Source: Saprolegnia diclina VS20 (Eukaryota). Taken from it: DNA of 64,000 nucleotides. Position 1 is the first letter of the stretch, and the number at the start of each line of letters is the position of its first letter. Below the pieces are notes generated by a model. That model searched no databases. It was not told where the DNA came from and saw only the letters and a program-made list of their open reading frames with translations. Where the stretch lies: contig NW_008246071.1 in assembly GCF_000281045.1 (NCBI RefSeq), forward strand, positions 128,350 to 192,349. The letters run 5' to 3'. The translations under genes and the position numbers were made by a program. This document shows, in pieces, positions 34,818 to 44,909 of the stretch.

Positions 34818-37763
34818 ATGGCGAGCAAGTTCTGGGGCGGGTCGTCCTCCGAGTCGGACAGCGGTAGCGAGAGCTCGAGCTCGAGCGAAGTCGATGTGAA
34901 GATCGCTGCCAACCGCTGGGCGGTGGACTCGGACTCGGACTCGGATGAGGACGTCCGCGTCGTCGTCTCGGCCAAGGACAAGGCGCTGGCGGCGCTCCAG
35001 ACGGCGTGCGCGCTCATCACCAACTTCCTCAAGATCAACGACTGGAGCAAGATCCAGGGCGAGTTCGATGTCATGGCCAAGACCATGGACAATGCCAAGG
35101 CCAAGCAGGCCATCCAGGCCAACGGGTACCCCAAGTACTACATCCGCGTCATGGCGCAGCTCGAAGATGCGATGACGACGTCGCTCAAGAACAAGTCGGA
35201 CAAGAAGATGAGCAAGGAAAACTCCAAGGCGCTTATCCGCATGAAGGGCAAGATCAAGAAGCACAACGAAGCCATTGTCAAGCAGCTCGAGGAGTACCGT
35301 GCCGACCCGTCGGCCTTTGAGAGCGAGCCCGAGAGCAGCTCGTCGAGCGACTCGAGCTCCGACTCGGACTCCGACTCGGACAAGGACAGCGACGATGACT
35401 CGGACGACGATGACTCGGAGAAGGACAGTGCCTCGGACGATTCGGACAAGTCCTCTGGCAAGTCGTCGGACGACAAGGACTCGGACGACGACGACTCGGA
35501 CGACGATGATAACTCGGACAACTGGGCCTCGAGCTCGAGCTCGAGCTCGTCGTCTGACGACGACGACGCCAATGTCAACCTCCTCAAGGGCCGTGCGCGT
35601 TGGTTGAAGGCGACCCCTGCCGTGAACACGAAGGGCCCTAAGGTCAAGGGCCCCAAGGCGCCCCGTGCCGAGAAGGTCAAGGTCGTCGCCGAGGCCAAGA
35701 AGCCTGCGGCTGAAGAAGACCTCAAGCTCTCCAAGAGCGGCTTTGACAAGAAGATCAAGGAGGTCATCGCCCTCCGCGGTAAGCGCGGTACGGACATTGG
35801 TGAGCAGCTCTCGGCGCTCCGCAAGCTCGTCCAGTACTCTCGCCGCCTCGGCCCCGCCCGTGAGCTCACGGCCACCATGTACATGGTCGGTGCCACGATG
35901 TTTGACACGTCGAGCAAGATCGACAAGGTGCTCTCGACGCGCCTCTGGAAGCAGGCACACAGCGACATGCAGACGATCCTGGACCTCCTCGAGAAGAACG
36001 CGGGCTTTACGCTCGCGCCGCTCACGTCCGAGGACCAGGCCGACATCATCCGCGTCACGGCGTCGCGCAACAACGCCGACGCGAATGCTGACGACGAGGA
36101 AGACGACGACTCTGTCGCGGACCACCTCCCGGTCGCTGGCTCCAAGGGCGTCATCAAGGTCTCGGGTGACCTTGCCGCGTTCATCGAGCGCCTCACGGAC
36201 GAATACACCAAGAGCCTTCAGCAGATGGACCCGCACACGGCCGAGTACATTGCGCGCCTCTACGACGAAGCGCTCCTCTCGGAGCTCGCTCGCCGCGTCC
36301 AGGCCTACTACGTGCGCATCACCGACTTTGTCCGCGCGGCTGCCGTTGCGCTCATCCGCGCCGAACTCATGTACTACAAGCACGAGTCGATCGCGTCGGC
36401 GCTTCACGTGTCGAACGCCAAGCGCGCCAAGTACGGCGAGCCTGCCCTTTTGCACCCGGCGTCCGAGTCGACGACCGCCAAGGCCGTGCCCATCAAGGAG
36501 TACAACCCGTCGCTCGTGCACCCGGCGTCGATCCTCGGCCAGCCGACGGTCGAGGTTGCGCCGCTTGACATTGAGAACGAGCTCAACGACCTCTGCCTCT
36601 TTGTGTACAAGCACGCGGACGACCGCAGCAAGACGCGCGCGATGCTGTGCCACATTTACCACCACGCGGTCCACGACCGGTTCCACGAAGCGCGCGACTT
36701 GCTCCTCATGTCGCACTTGCAGGAGACGATCGTGCACACGGACATTGCGACGCAGATCCTCTTCAACCGCATGATGGCGCAGCTCGGCTTGTGCGCCTTC
36801 CGCTCGGGCTTGATGTGGGAAGCGCATGCGTGCCTCTCGGAGATCTGCACGGGCTCCAAGACCAAGGAGCTCCTCGCGCAGGGCCTCGCGTCGTTCCGCC
36901 ACCAGGAGCGCGACCCGGACCAGGAACGCCTCGAGCGCCGCCGCCAGGTGCCGTACCACATGCACATCAACTTGGAGCTGCTTGAGCTCTGCCACTTGAC
37001 GTCGGCCATGCTGCTTGAAGTGCCCAACATGGTGCTCTCGCGCACCCAGGACCGTCGCCGCGTCATCTCCAAGGCCTTCCGCAAGCTCCTCGAGTTCCAC
37101 GACCGCCTCGTGTTTGCGGGCCCGCCCGAGAACACGCGCGACCACATTGTGTCGGCGGCCAAGGCCATGGCCCAGGGCAACTGGCAGTACAGCAAGGAGC
37201 TCATCTGCGGCCTCGCAGTTTGGGACCTCTTCCCCGGCGCCGGTGTCTCGGAGCGCGTCAAGGCCATGGTTCAGCAGAAGATCCAGGTCGAAGCGCTTCG
37301 CTCGTACCTCATGGCCTTCTCGGATGCGTACGAGGCGCTCAACCTCGCGCAGCTCTGCGCCATGTTTGGCCTTGACTCGAAGACCGTCCACAGCGTCGTG
37401 TCCAAGATGATGATCAACGAAGAGCTCCAGGGTGCGTGGGATCAGGGCTCGCAGTCGATCGTGCTGCACAAGGTCGAGCGCACGCGTCTCCAGCTGCTCG
37501 CGCTCCAGCTTTCGGACAAGATTGGCACGCTCGTCGAAAACAACGAGCGCATGATGGACTTGCGCTCGGCGGCGCTGAGCACCAAGGACGAGGCCTCGAA
37601 TGCGGGCAACCGCCGCCCGAACGACAACCGCAGCGCCAACAACGCGCGGCCCAACAACGCCAAGGGCAACTCGAACGCGATGCGCGGCAACAGCAACAAC
37701 AACAGCAACAGCACCGCGACCAACACCAAGGGCACGAGCAAAGCCACGAGCAAGCGGTGGTAA
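34818..37763 (+). CDS. EIF3C: Eukaryotic translation initiation factor 3 subunit C (intronless)
   Basis: MASKFWGGSSSESDS, RVVVSAKDK, acidic tract, EYTKSLQQMDPHTAEY, QILFNRMMAQLGLCAF, QVPYHMHINLELLE, GPPENTRDH and a PCI domain. Confidence 0.97.
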   Translation: MASKFWGGSSSESDSGSESSSSSEVDVKIAANRWAVDSDSDSDEDVRVVVSAKDKALAALQTACALITNFLKINDWSKIQGEFDVMAKTMDNAKAKQAIQANGYPKYYIRVMAQLEDAMTTSLKNKSDKKMSKENSKALIRMKGKIKKHNEAIVKQLEEYRADPSAFESEPESSSSSDSSSDSDSDSDKDSDDDSDDDDSEKDSASDDSDKSSGKSSDDKDSDDDDSDDDDNSDNWASSSSSSSSSDDDDANVNLLKGRARWLKATPAVNTKGPKVKGPKAPRAEKVKVVAEAKKPAAEEDLKLSKSGFDKKIKEVIALRGKRGTDIGEQLSALRKLVQYSRRLGPARELTATMYMVGATMFDTSSKIDKVLSTRLWKQAHSDMQTILDLLEKNAGFTLAPLTSEDQADIIRVTASRNNADANADDEEDDDSVADHLPVAGSKGVIKVSGDLAAFIERLTDEYTKSLQQMDPHTAEYIARLYDEALLSELARRVQAYYVRITDFVRAAAVALIRAELMYYKHESIASALHVSNAKRAKYGEPALLHPASESTTAKAVPIKEYNPSLVHPASILGQPTVEVAPLDIENELNDLCLFVYKHADDRSKTRAMLCHIYHHAVHDRFHEARDLLLMSHLQETIVHTDIATQILFNRMMAQLGLCAFRSGLMWEAHACLSEICTGSKTKELLAQGLASFRHQERDPDQERLERRRQVPYHMHINLELLELCHLTSAMLLEVPNMVLSRTQDRRRVISKAFRKLLEFHDRLVFAGPPENTRDHIVSAAKAMAQGNWQYSKELICGLAVWDLFPGAGVSERVKAMVQQKIQVEALRSYLMAFSDAYEALNLAQLCAMFGLDSKTVHSVVSKMMINEELQGAWDQGSQSIVLHKVERTRLQLLALQLSDKIGTLVENNERMMDLRSAALSTKDEASNAGNRRPNDNRSANNARPNNAKGNSNAMRGNSNNNSNSTATNTKGTSKATSKRW

Positions 37764-37956
37764 ACAGTCGACTAGCAGCAGGCAATAAACTAAGAAGAAT
37801 TCAATTTTATTCAGTGCATTTTGGACCTGCCGCCACCGCGTCTTCTCCCTTCGTCACGCGCCGCGAGCTTGCATTTGGTGTGGGCAGCATTCGATGCTGC
37901 AGCCATCAAGTCTGTACTTGATTTTTATTTGATTATCGTATTATAAGATCTTATTC

Positions 37957-39063
37957 CTAGTTGTTGTATATCCAATGCGTCTGGCACGTTGCCTCGCCCT
38001 GGCTGTTGTAGTTGGAGGTGGCGTTGACGAGTTGGCGGACGCTGTTGATGGGGTAAGTCGGTGAAACGCAAGACGATGGCTCTGCAAGTGGCTCCATCTC
38101 GGACGAGGCGAGCGAGTCCAAGTCGTCTGTCGAGTGCGGCGGTCCATTCGACCACAAAGAAGCTCGAGTTGGCTGCTGCAGAGTCGCGAGAAGCGAGTCG
38201 TTGGAGGCGATGGCGGCGTGAATCTGGGTCTCGAGGCTCTTGACCCATGTTTGGAGCTCCGAAATCGTCGTCTTGTTCTTGGCAATGGTGGCGTCGGCGT
38301 CGACCAAGTGCATCTTGATGTGCTGCACCTGGGCCTCCTTGCGTGCAAGGCGGCGCTCCATCTTCTCCCGCAACGCAGTGATCGTATCGTCGCGCCGAAG
38401 GACGCGGTGTGCGAGCTGGATCGCGCGCTCGTTGGCAGCGCCCAGCGCGTCGTTGGAGGTTCCTGCTGCTTGGGCCTTCAGGCTCGTCACTTGCTCCGAG
38501 AGCTGCGCGATCGTGCCGTCCTTTTGAGCGACCGTGTCGGCGAGGACCGTCTCGGTCTTGATGAGTTGCTCGTTGAGCTCCGCAATCGTAGTCTTGTTTT
38601 CGGCAATAACGGCGTTGGCGTCAACCAAGTGCATTTTGAGGTGTTGCACTTCAGCCTCCTTGCGTGCAACGCGGCGCTCGAGCTTTTCGCGGAGCGCAGC
38701 GATCGTGTCGTCGCGCCGAAGGACGCGGTGCGCAAGCTCCAGCACGTGGTCGTGGGCAGCATGGAGCTTCTCGGTCATGGCAGCCAAAGTAGCTTGGTGC
38801 TCGGCTTGCAAACGGTCGATCTCCATCTTGTGGTCGCGTGCCAAATCCGATGCAGGACGCGCGATCGGCGTGTTGCTGGTGCGAGGTGCAGAGCGCACCG
38901 CAGTGGCAGTAGTGGAGCGTGTAGCTGGCTTGGGCGTGGACTTGGCCGCCGACTTGGTGGTGGCGGGGCGGCGGAACGGGTGCGAGATGCGGAGTTGGGC
39001 TTCGAGCGCCGCCATGCGACGGGCCTCCTTGTCCTGGTGGTACGTTGCGCTGTAGAGAGTCAT
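37957..39063 (-). CDS. Uncharacterised coiled-coil protein with internal duplicated motif (copy B)
   Basis: 368-aa ORF nearly identical to 13286-14401. Confidence 0.8.
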   Translation of the reverse strand: MTLYSATYHQDKEARRMAALEAQLRISHPFRRPATTKSAAKSTPKPATRSTTATAVRSAPRTSNTPIARPASDLARDHKMEIDRLQAEHQATLAAMTEKLHAAHDHVLELAHRVLRRDDTIAALREKLERRVARKEAEVQHLKMHLVDANAVIAENKTTIAELNEQLIKTETVLADTVAQKDGTIAQLSEQVTSLKAQAAGTSNDALGAANERAIQLAHRVLRRDDTITALREKMERRLARKEAQVQHIKMHLVDADATIAKNKTTISELQTWVKSLETQIHAAIASNDSLLATLQQPTRASLWSNGPPHSTDDLDSLASSEMEPLAEPSSCVSPTYPINSVRQLVNATSNYNSQGEATCQTHWIYNN

Positions 39064-39493
39064 GTTGCTTCGATCGATGAAATGGAAATGCGATGCAGAA
39101 CGCTTCTTCTACCTCGATGGTAAAAGCACAAAGTTGTCCTTTACACTGCAAAGGCGAGCTTCTAGTCAGTAAACCATTCCGGAGCTTTCGGGGATTAGGG
39201 TAGGGCTAGGTTTCGCGCTTGTCTTCCAGCGACAACCTCAGCATTTAGCATCACCTTCCCTGTGAAAAGTCCATGCCTTCTTCATCGTTTGTGCGATGCA
39301 ATGCTGCGTACATGGTACCCAAGGGCAACGAGCCTGCACCGGTCCTCGTACTGCGTCCACCAAGTAATGCGCATTCCCAGTCTCTGTCATTCACTGTACG
39401 CTTTGTGCAGAGTTGTGGCAACATTATAGCATGCACGTAGTGTAAGGAGAAGGGTTTCAATGACGGTCGCGTGCGCTACCGACGACATGTGCT

Positions 39494-40955
39494 CTATTCG
39501 ACCTTGGCCTTGGGCGACGTCGAGACAGCGGCCTTCGTGAGGCTCAAGTCCAGTCGGAAGAGCACCATGCAGACGACAAAGAAGGCGAAGAAGCCGCCAA
39601 TCAAAAGGAGCGGCTCGCGGTACAAGAAGCGCGACGGGTACTCGAACGTGACCGTGAACGGCACGTTGTGCTGCGCGACGACGTTGGTCTTCTTGAGGAT
39701 GACCACGGGGCGGCCGACCATGGCCGTGTCGAGGTACGTCTGGCGCGTCGTCTCGCCCTGGACGTCGACAGAAAACGGCACGTGCACCTTGATGTTGCGC
39801 GCGCCTTCGGGCAAAATGACCTTGAGCGTGAGGTCGTCGACCGACGCGCCGTCAATGCACGTCGAAAAGTCCATCTCGAGCTTGTAGGTTTCGCCCGACC
39901 GGAAGAGGACAGTCTGCGTCGGGACCGAGTAGCCGAGGTAGTACTGCGTCTTCCAGCCGCCAAAGAGCGGGAAGCGCGCGTTGAGCTCGAGCTCGGTGCG
40001 GGACGTCGTCTGGCGCATGCGCGACGTCGTGATGTTGCCAATCTGGTCGCGGTAGTAGACGTTGAGCACGTCCTTGGGCAGCGTCGCCGTGAACTGGCGG
40101 AACGACGCCGACGGCATCTGCATGTAGTCGAAGCGCGAGAAGCCGCCCTTGAGCACCGCACCCGAGTGCGACAAGTCGACGACCTCCTCGGTACTCACGC
40201 GGCCCCACAAGCTCACTTCGATCTCCTTTGTGAGCGTCGTCATCGTCATGAACGGCGCATGGTTCTTGAAGTGCACGACGAGCGACTTGGCAAACGCCAA
40301 CGACCCATACGCCGCCACGTCCGCGTACGGACCGTACGTGAGCGTCGTGCCCTTGAGCGAGACGGGCGCGAGCTCCGAGTACTGCTCGACGCGGCTCGAC
40401 GCGAGCTTGACGCGCGTTGTCTGCGTCGTCGTCGCATACGGCGACAAGAACAAGTGCTGCGCCGTGAACATTACAAGTTGGTCCTCGGCCTGCGTGATCT
40501 CGGCCGGGTACGGCACCATGACGCGGCTGTAGTGCGAAATGATCTTCAAGGAGCCTTCGTCGCCCTTGGCAATCGGCGACTTCAAGTGCACCGTGTAGAG
40601 CTGCGCCTGTTTGGTCGCGTCGAGCTTGCCCTTGACGACGTCCAGCGCCACGTTCTTGTCCGCCTTGGCCGTCAAGAGCGCCAAGTGCTCGTCCAGGTAC
40701 AGAGGAATCGCGACTTCGTACGTCTTGACCGACGCCGCATCATCAGCGAACGTGATGTCCACTTGGCTCTTGGCCACGTGGCGCGTCAGGTCCCAGCTGC
40801 GCTTGACCTAGCCCAAGCTGCATGTCATTCGAGAGCTCGGAAGAGACGCATCTTCATGCGCAGAAGCGTACCGACTTGTTGATGATCTCCGCCTGCGAGA
40901 GGCCCATGCAGCAGCACAGCGCAAAGATGGCCGAGACGACCGCGGAAGGACGCAT
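39494..40955 (-). CDS. RPN1: Ribophorin I (oligosaccharyltransferase subunit 1), 2 exons
   Basis: Signal peptide, PYPAEITQAEDQLV, EIEVSLWG, GAVLKGGFSRFDY, YYRDQIGNITTS, RFPLFGGWKT, TYLDTAMVGRP and a C-terminal TM. Intron ~40808-40871. Confidence 0.95.
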
Positions 40956-41025
40956 GACTTGCTCGACGAAAGTGTGCGGTTGGCAAACCGAAAGGCCCTC
41001 GCTCGTGACAAACCTCCAAGAATCG

Positions 41026-41051
41026 ATGTCCGGATAATTGTATCCGGACAT
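41026..41051. promoter_or_regulatory. Perfect 11-bp inverted repeat ATGTCCGGATA-attg-TATCCGGACAT upstream of RPN1
   Basis: Seen directly, ~70-95 bp upstream of the RPN1 ATG. Confidence 0.55.
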
Positions 41052-42732
41052 ACCTGTTCGGATAGCGCGTCCGGTTGCCCGCAGTGACGTGGCCGCAGCG
41101 GGATCGCCCCATGCCACTCATGACCAGATCCAAGCACATCGTGAGCACGAAGTGAACGGTCGTGAAGCAAAAGCTTGGATACTAGCTAAAGAGGTGGTAG
41201 GTAATTGGTAGAAGCAACTCGTTCGCTTCAATCTAAGTCACTAAGTGCTGACGGGGTACAGTCCTTTTGCTGACCTGCTCGTGCGGTGTGGTCAAGCGAT
41301 GTTGGCTCGTGAGGCTAGCATTCGTTCTTCCGTGGGCTTTGTCCTGGCTTGACCTTGCTACGCGACTGGGCTCGTGCCTCGAGGCAAGCGCCGCCCGGAC
41401 CAAGCTGCAGTCCTTCCTGGCGAGCAGCAAATCAAAGGTAAAACCGAGCACGAGCTCATGGCATCTCAAAAGATAGAGTGCTCGATTCGATGGGCGTTCT
41501 TGTGCGAGCGATAAGAATACGGAAGTGCTTCTGACGACATTATGAGCCTTGCTGAAGTCGAGTTTCCCTACCAACGTTGTTCGTCGAATATGCACGCTCG
41601 TCAAGTACAGTACAACGAATGCCCTTGGTACACGAATAGCTGCCTACTCCTTACCTGCACTTTGTTGTGTGTGGTCTGCACCGCGGGCGCTATCACAACT
41701 TGCATACAAGAGCATCGCTTCGGATATACTCTAGTATGTAGCAGCACCATCGGTCTGGTGCTGTCCAACTCGACTGACGTGGCGCGCCAACAGAGCTCAA
41801 GCAAGACCAAGCCAACGCTCGCTCTGTCACCAATTGTGCCATGTAGCAGCTTTTTACGGCGATACGTGGCTTCGCCGTTGCTGCACAGCCTCGCGTAATA
41901 CGCGCCGTCATCCCAATCAACTCGGATTTCTTCGTGGTACCTGCACGCGATACAAGCCTCGCGACTGCGTTGGCAACGCTGTGCCGTGCTCATTGACGAC
42001 GTGGGTACAGCGCCATGAACTCTCTTTGCATTCCGCTGTCGAATGCGGCACATCGTTCGCAAATCAAAATGACTGGGAGATTCCGCCCATCGAACCGCAA
42101 CTCGATCCTCGCATTCTTTCCGCGTATCCTACAGCAAAATGATATTCCTCCTTGGGCCACAACCATGAACCTCGCATCTCCATCGGCCGCGACGCGTCGT
42201 CAAGCCAGCAACGCGAAGGTTCGGCGAACATGCAACGACCTCCTTGTGTTCCGAGCGCGTTCGTCGTTGGTTTATATCGGCGGGATGTCGCGGACGGCGA
42301 AACCCTCTCGCCATACAAACGCCAGGAGATGGCGACCGGGCAAATCAACGCCTCACTGGATCCCTGCCACGGAGCGAACCCAAAGTTGTCCGTCCATCAT
42401 GGCGCATGCATACTGCCAAAGCTCTCGCAGAGACGAGGTCCAACGCGCTACTGCTGCGGTCCTGCCGACCGACTCGCTACCGCATCTGGCGGCAGAGAAG
42501 TCATGTATCGCAGCGCCCAAAGGCAATCTCGACGTACACCGCATGTGATTGGTCCAAATCCCGTCGAAAATCTATTTTTAGCTTCTGAGGCGCCATTCGG
42601 AATGAGATCCAGAAATCGTCCGCAGATGTAGAATGCATGGCGCTGAGATCATGCGCGCGCGTCGAGTCAGCTGCCTCTGTGCACCACCTACACATTGCAT
42701 CATTCCTGCAACAGCGCCGCCACGCACACGCC

Positions 42733-44847
42733 ATGGCCAAGTTTTTCCGAAGGAGCTCGTCCAAAATGGGCGGTCTGCGCGGCGACGATGTGACCGCAAG
42801 CATGCCCCGCGAGCGGGTGACGCTCTCGGGCGTCACTGCGTCGGCGGTCACCGCCTCCAACTACTCGAGCTATCAGCTCGATACACTTCACGAGACGGTC
42901 GCGAGCATGAACAAGCAGCTCGACGAGTACAAGCGCGAGACGATTGCACGACTCGACCACGTCGAGGGCTCGGTGCGCGAGAGCACGCGCCGCGCCATCT
43001 CCAACCAAGCGACCAACCATATTGTACCGGCGAAAGCGTACCGCGACGAGCCAACCGGTTTTGAAAATACCTCGGACGCGCCGGCGCCGTCGATGGCGAT
43101 GGACGCTGCGGTTGACGAGATGAAGCGCCACGTCGACGGTATCCGCCGCGACGTCATGATGGAGCTCCATACGACCAAATACGACCTGCTCAAGGAAATG
43201 ACGATGCTCCGCGGCGCTGTCATGCAGCTCGTGGATGCCATGCATCAACAGTCGACTCCGCGAGCAGTGGCGACCCCGCTGCTTCGCACGGAAGATCGCA
43301 AGCTCAGCGTCATGTCGGACGCGACTGTTTCGAGCGAAGCCGACTCGGAGGACTCGACGCACGAAGAGCCCGAGGTCTTCGAACCCAATCCTAAGGTGCC
43401 GTACCTTCCGGCTGCCAGCCGCACGCCGTCCCCGCCCAAGCGCGAGTCCACAGTCTTCCGCGAGTCGACGCGGGCCTCGTCCAAGCTCAGCCGTGAGTCG
43501 TCCAAGCTCAGCCGCGAGTCATCCAAGCTCAGTCGCGAGTCGTCCAAGCTCAGTCGCGAGTCGTCCAAGTTGCTCTTTCGCGAATCGACGCGTCAGCCCA
43601 TCAAAGACCAGGCGCTCACGCAGCCGTGGGAAAACGTCTTGAACCAGCATTTGCCGTTCCTCAACACGCAGCGGCCCGCCATGGAGATGCTGCCGTCGAC
43701 GCGCACGTGGGCCATCAACCAGTATATCAAGTGGGCGCAGGATGCGGGCCCGACCAACGAGTCGCGTGTGCTCAACGTTGTCGGTGGCGCCGGCGCCGGC
43801 AAGTCGACGCTACTCAGCCACCTCGTGTCCAACTACCCGGAGCAGATCATGGCGAGCCACTTTGTGCGCTACGACGAGCGCCACGCACCAAGTGCGATTC
43901 TCATGTCGCTCGCGCACCAGATTTCGTGCAAATTGCCCGACTATCAGCAGCAACTCGTGCGCCTCAACCTCCCGTACCTCATCCAAGAACCCGACCCGAT
44001 TGTGCTCGCGACCAAGCTCCTCATCGAGCCGCTGCGGTCGATGCCGGCGCCGCTCGAAAGCCAAGTCATCGTCCTCGACGCGGTCGATGAGGACGTCTCG
44101 ACTCCGGGCGCCAACCTCATCTCGCTGCTGGCGGACGTCGCGCTGGAGTTTCCGAGCTGGGTCCTCTTCCTGCTCTCGTCTCGCCTCGTCGAAAGCGTGT
44201 TGAAAGCGCTGCCGGCCCACGACGTGCTGCACTTTCATATGGAGCACCGGCCGTTCGCCGCCGACTGCACGATCGCAGTGCAGTCGGTCATGGACAAGCA
44301 CGGCCTTGACGACAAGAACATCCTCTTCCTCCTCAAGGCCAAGAGCCAAGGCAGCTTCTTGTACCTCCAGTTCGTCGACCAAGCGTTCTCGATGATCCAC
44401 TCGGAGATTGACGCGGGCATGATCCTCGAGCTGCCCAAGACGCTCCACGAGATTTACGACCAAGTGTTTGAAGAAAAGTACGGGAAGGGCCGGCGCCGCG
44501 TGTGGCAGAAGGTGCAAGCGGTCCTCGAAGCCATCGTCGGCGCGGCCACGATCTCGCACGAGAAGAACGCGTGTCCGTTCGTGACCGAGTCGGACGTGCA
44601 GCACATATTTAAGCTCGGCCAGCCGGATCTCGCGCTCATTGCGCGCTCGTTCGAGGACATTGTGACCGTCGACGAAGACACGGGGGTGTACCGGCTGCAG
44701 TCGAAGGGCCTCTTTGACTACCTCGTCGACACGGCGCGGTCCCAGGAGGTGACGCACATCAACGTCGAGCGCGGGATTCACTACTTGACCAAAGGCAACG
44801 TACCGTACAAACCCTCCAAGAAGCCCAAAGTGACGTTTGACGTCTAA
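42733..44847 (+). CDS. NACHT/STAND-class P-loop NTPase with N-terminal coiled-coil and Ser-rich region (intronless)
   Basis: Walker A VVGGAGAGKST, ASHFVRYD, SLAHQI, LLIEPL, Walker B VIVLDAVDE, FLLSSR, KSQGSFLY and LPKTLHEIY. Confidence 0.8.
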   Translation: MAKFFRRSSSKMGGLRGDDVTASMPRERVTLSGVTASAVTASNYSSYQLDTLHETVASMNKQLDEYKRETIARLDHVEGSVRESTRRAISNQATNHIVPAKAYRDEPTGFENTSDAPAPSMAMDAAVDEMKRHVDGIRRDVMMELHTTKYDLLKEMTMLRGAVMQLVDAMHQQSTPRAVATPLLRTEDRKLSVMSDATVSSEADSEDSTHEEPEVFEPNPKVPYLPAASRTPSPPKRESTVFRESTRASSKLSRESSKLSRESSKLSRESSKLSRESSKLLFRESTRQPIKDQALTQPWENVLNQHLPFLNTQRPAMEMLPSTRTWAINQYIKWAQDAGPTNESRVLNVVGGAGAGKSTLLSHLVSNYPEQIMASHFVRYDERHAPSAILMSLAHQISCKLPDYQQQLVRLNLPYLIQEPDPIVLATKLLIEPLRSMPAPLESQVIVLDAVDEDVSTPGANLISLLADVALEFPSWVLFLLSSRLVESVLKALPAHDVLHFHMEHRPFAADCTIAVQSVMDKHGLDDKNILFLLKAKSQGSFLYLQFVDQAFSMIHSEIDAGMILELPKTLHEIYDQVFEEKYGKGRRRVWQKVQAVLEAIVGAATISHEKNACPFVTESDVQHIFKLGQPDLALIARSFEDIVTVDEDTGVYRLQSKGLFDYLVDTARSQEVTHINVERGIHYLTKGNVPYKPSKKPKVTFDV
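43477..43569 (+). repeat. 21-bp coding tandem repeat (SSKLSRE) x4
   Basis: tcgtccaagctcagccg(t/c)gag units seen directly. Confidence 0.9.
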
Positions 44848-44909
44848 GCGACGAGTCGTTTTAATATCGTAAATAATAGAATGGTAGACTACAACAGAGA
44901 TTAGGGCAC

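Noticed and set aside
35320..35570. Repetitive GAC/TCG-rich tract in eIF3c
   Set aside because: It encodes the ordinary Ser/Asp-rich acidic region of eIF3c and is not an independent repeat element.
34740..37469. 909-aa antisense ORF opposite eIF3c, and similar long antisense ORFs over CAND1, TPC, GT60, RPN1 and the NACHT gene
   Set aside because: Shadow ORFs expected from strong GC3 codon bias. The sense strand carries a recognisable conserved protein and the antisense translation has no motifs.
41170..42600. Several 60-180 aa ORFs between RPN1 and the NACHT gene
   Set aside because: No recognisable motifs, atypical codon use and mutually overlapping frames. Treated as intergenic, although a degraded element cannot be excluded.
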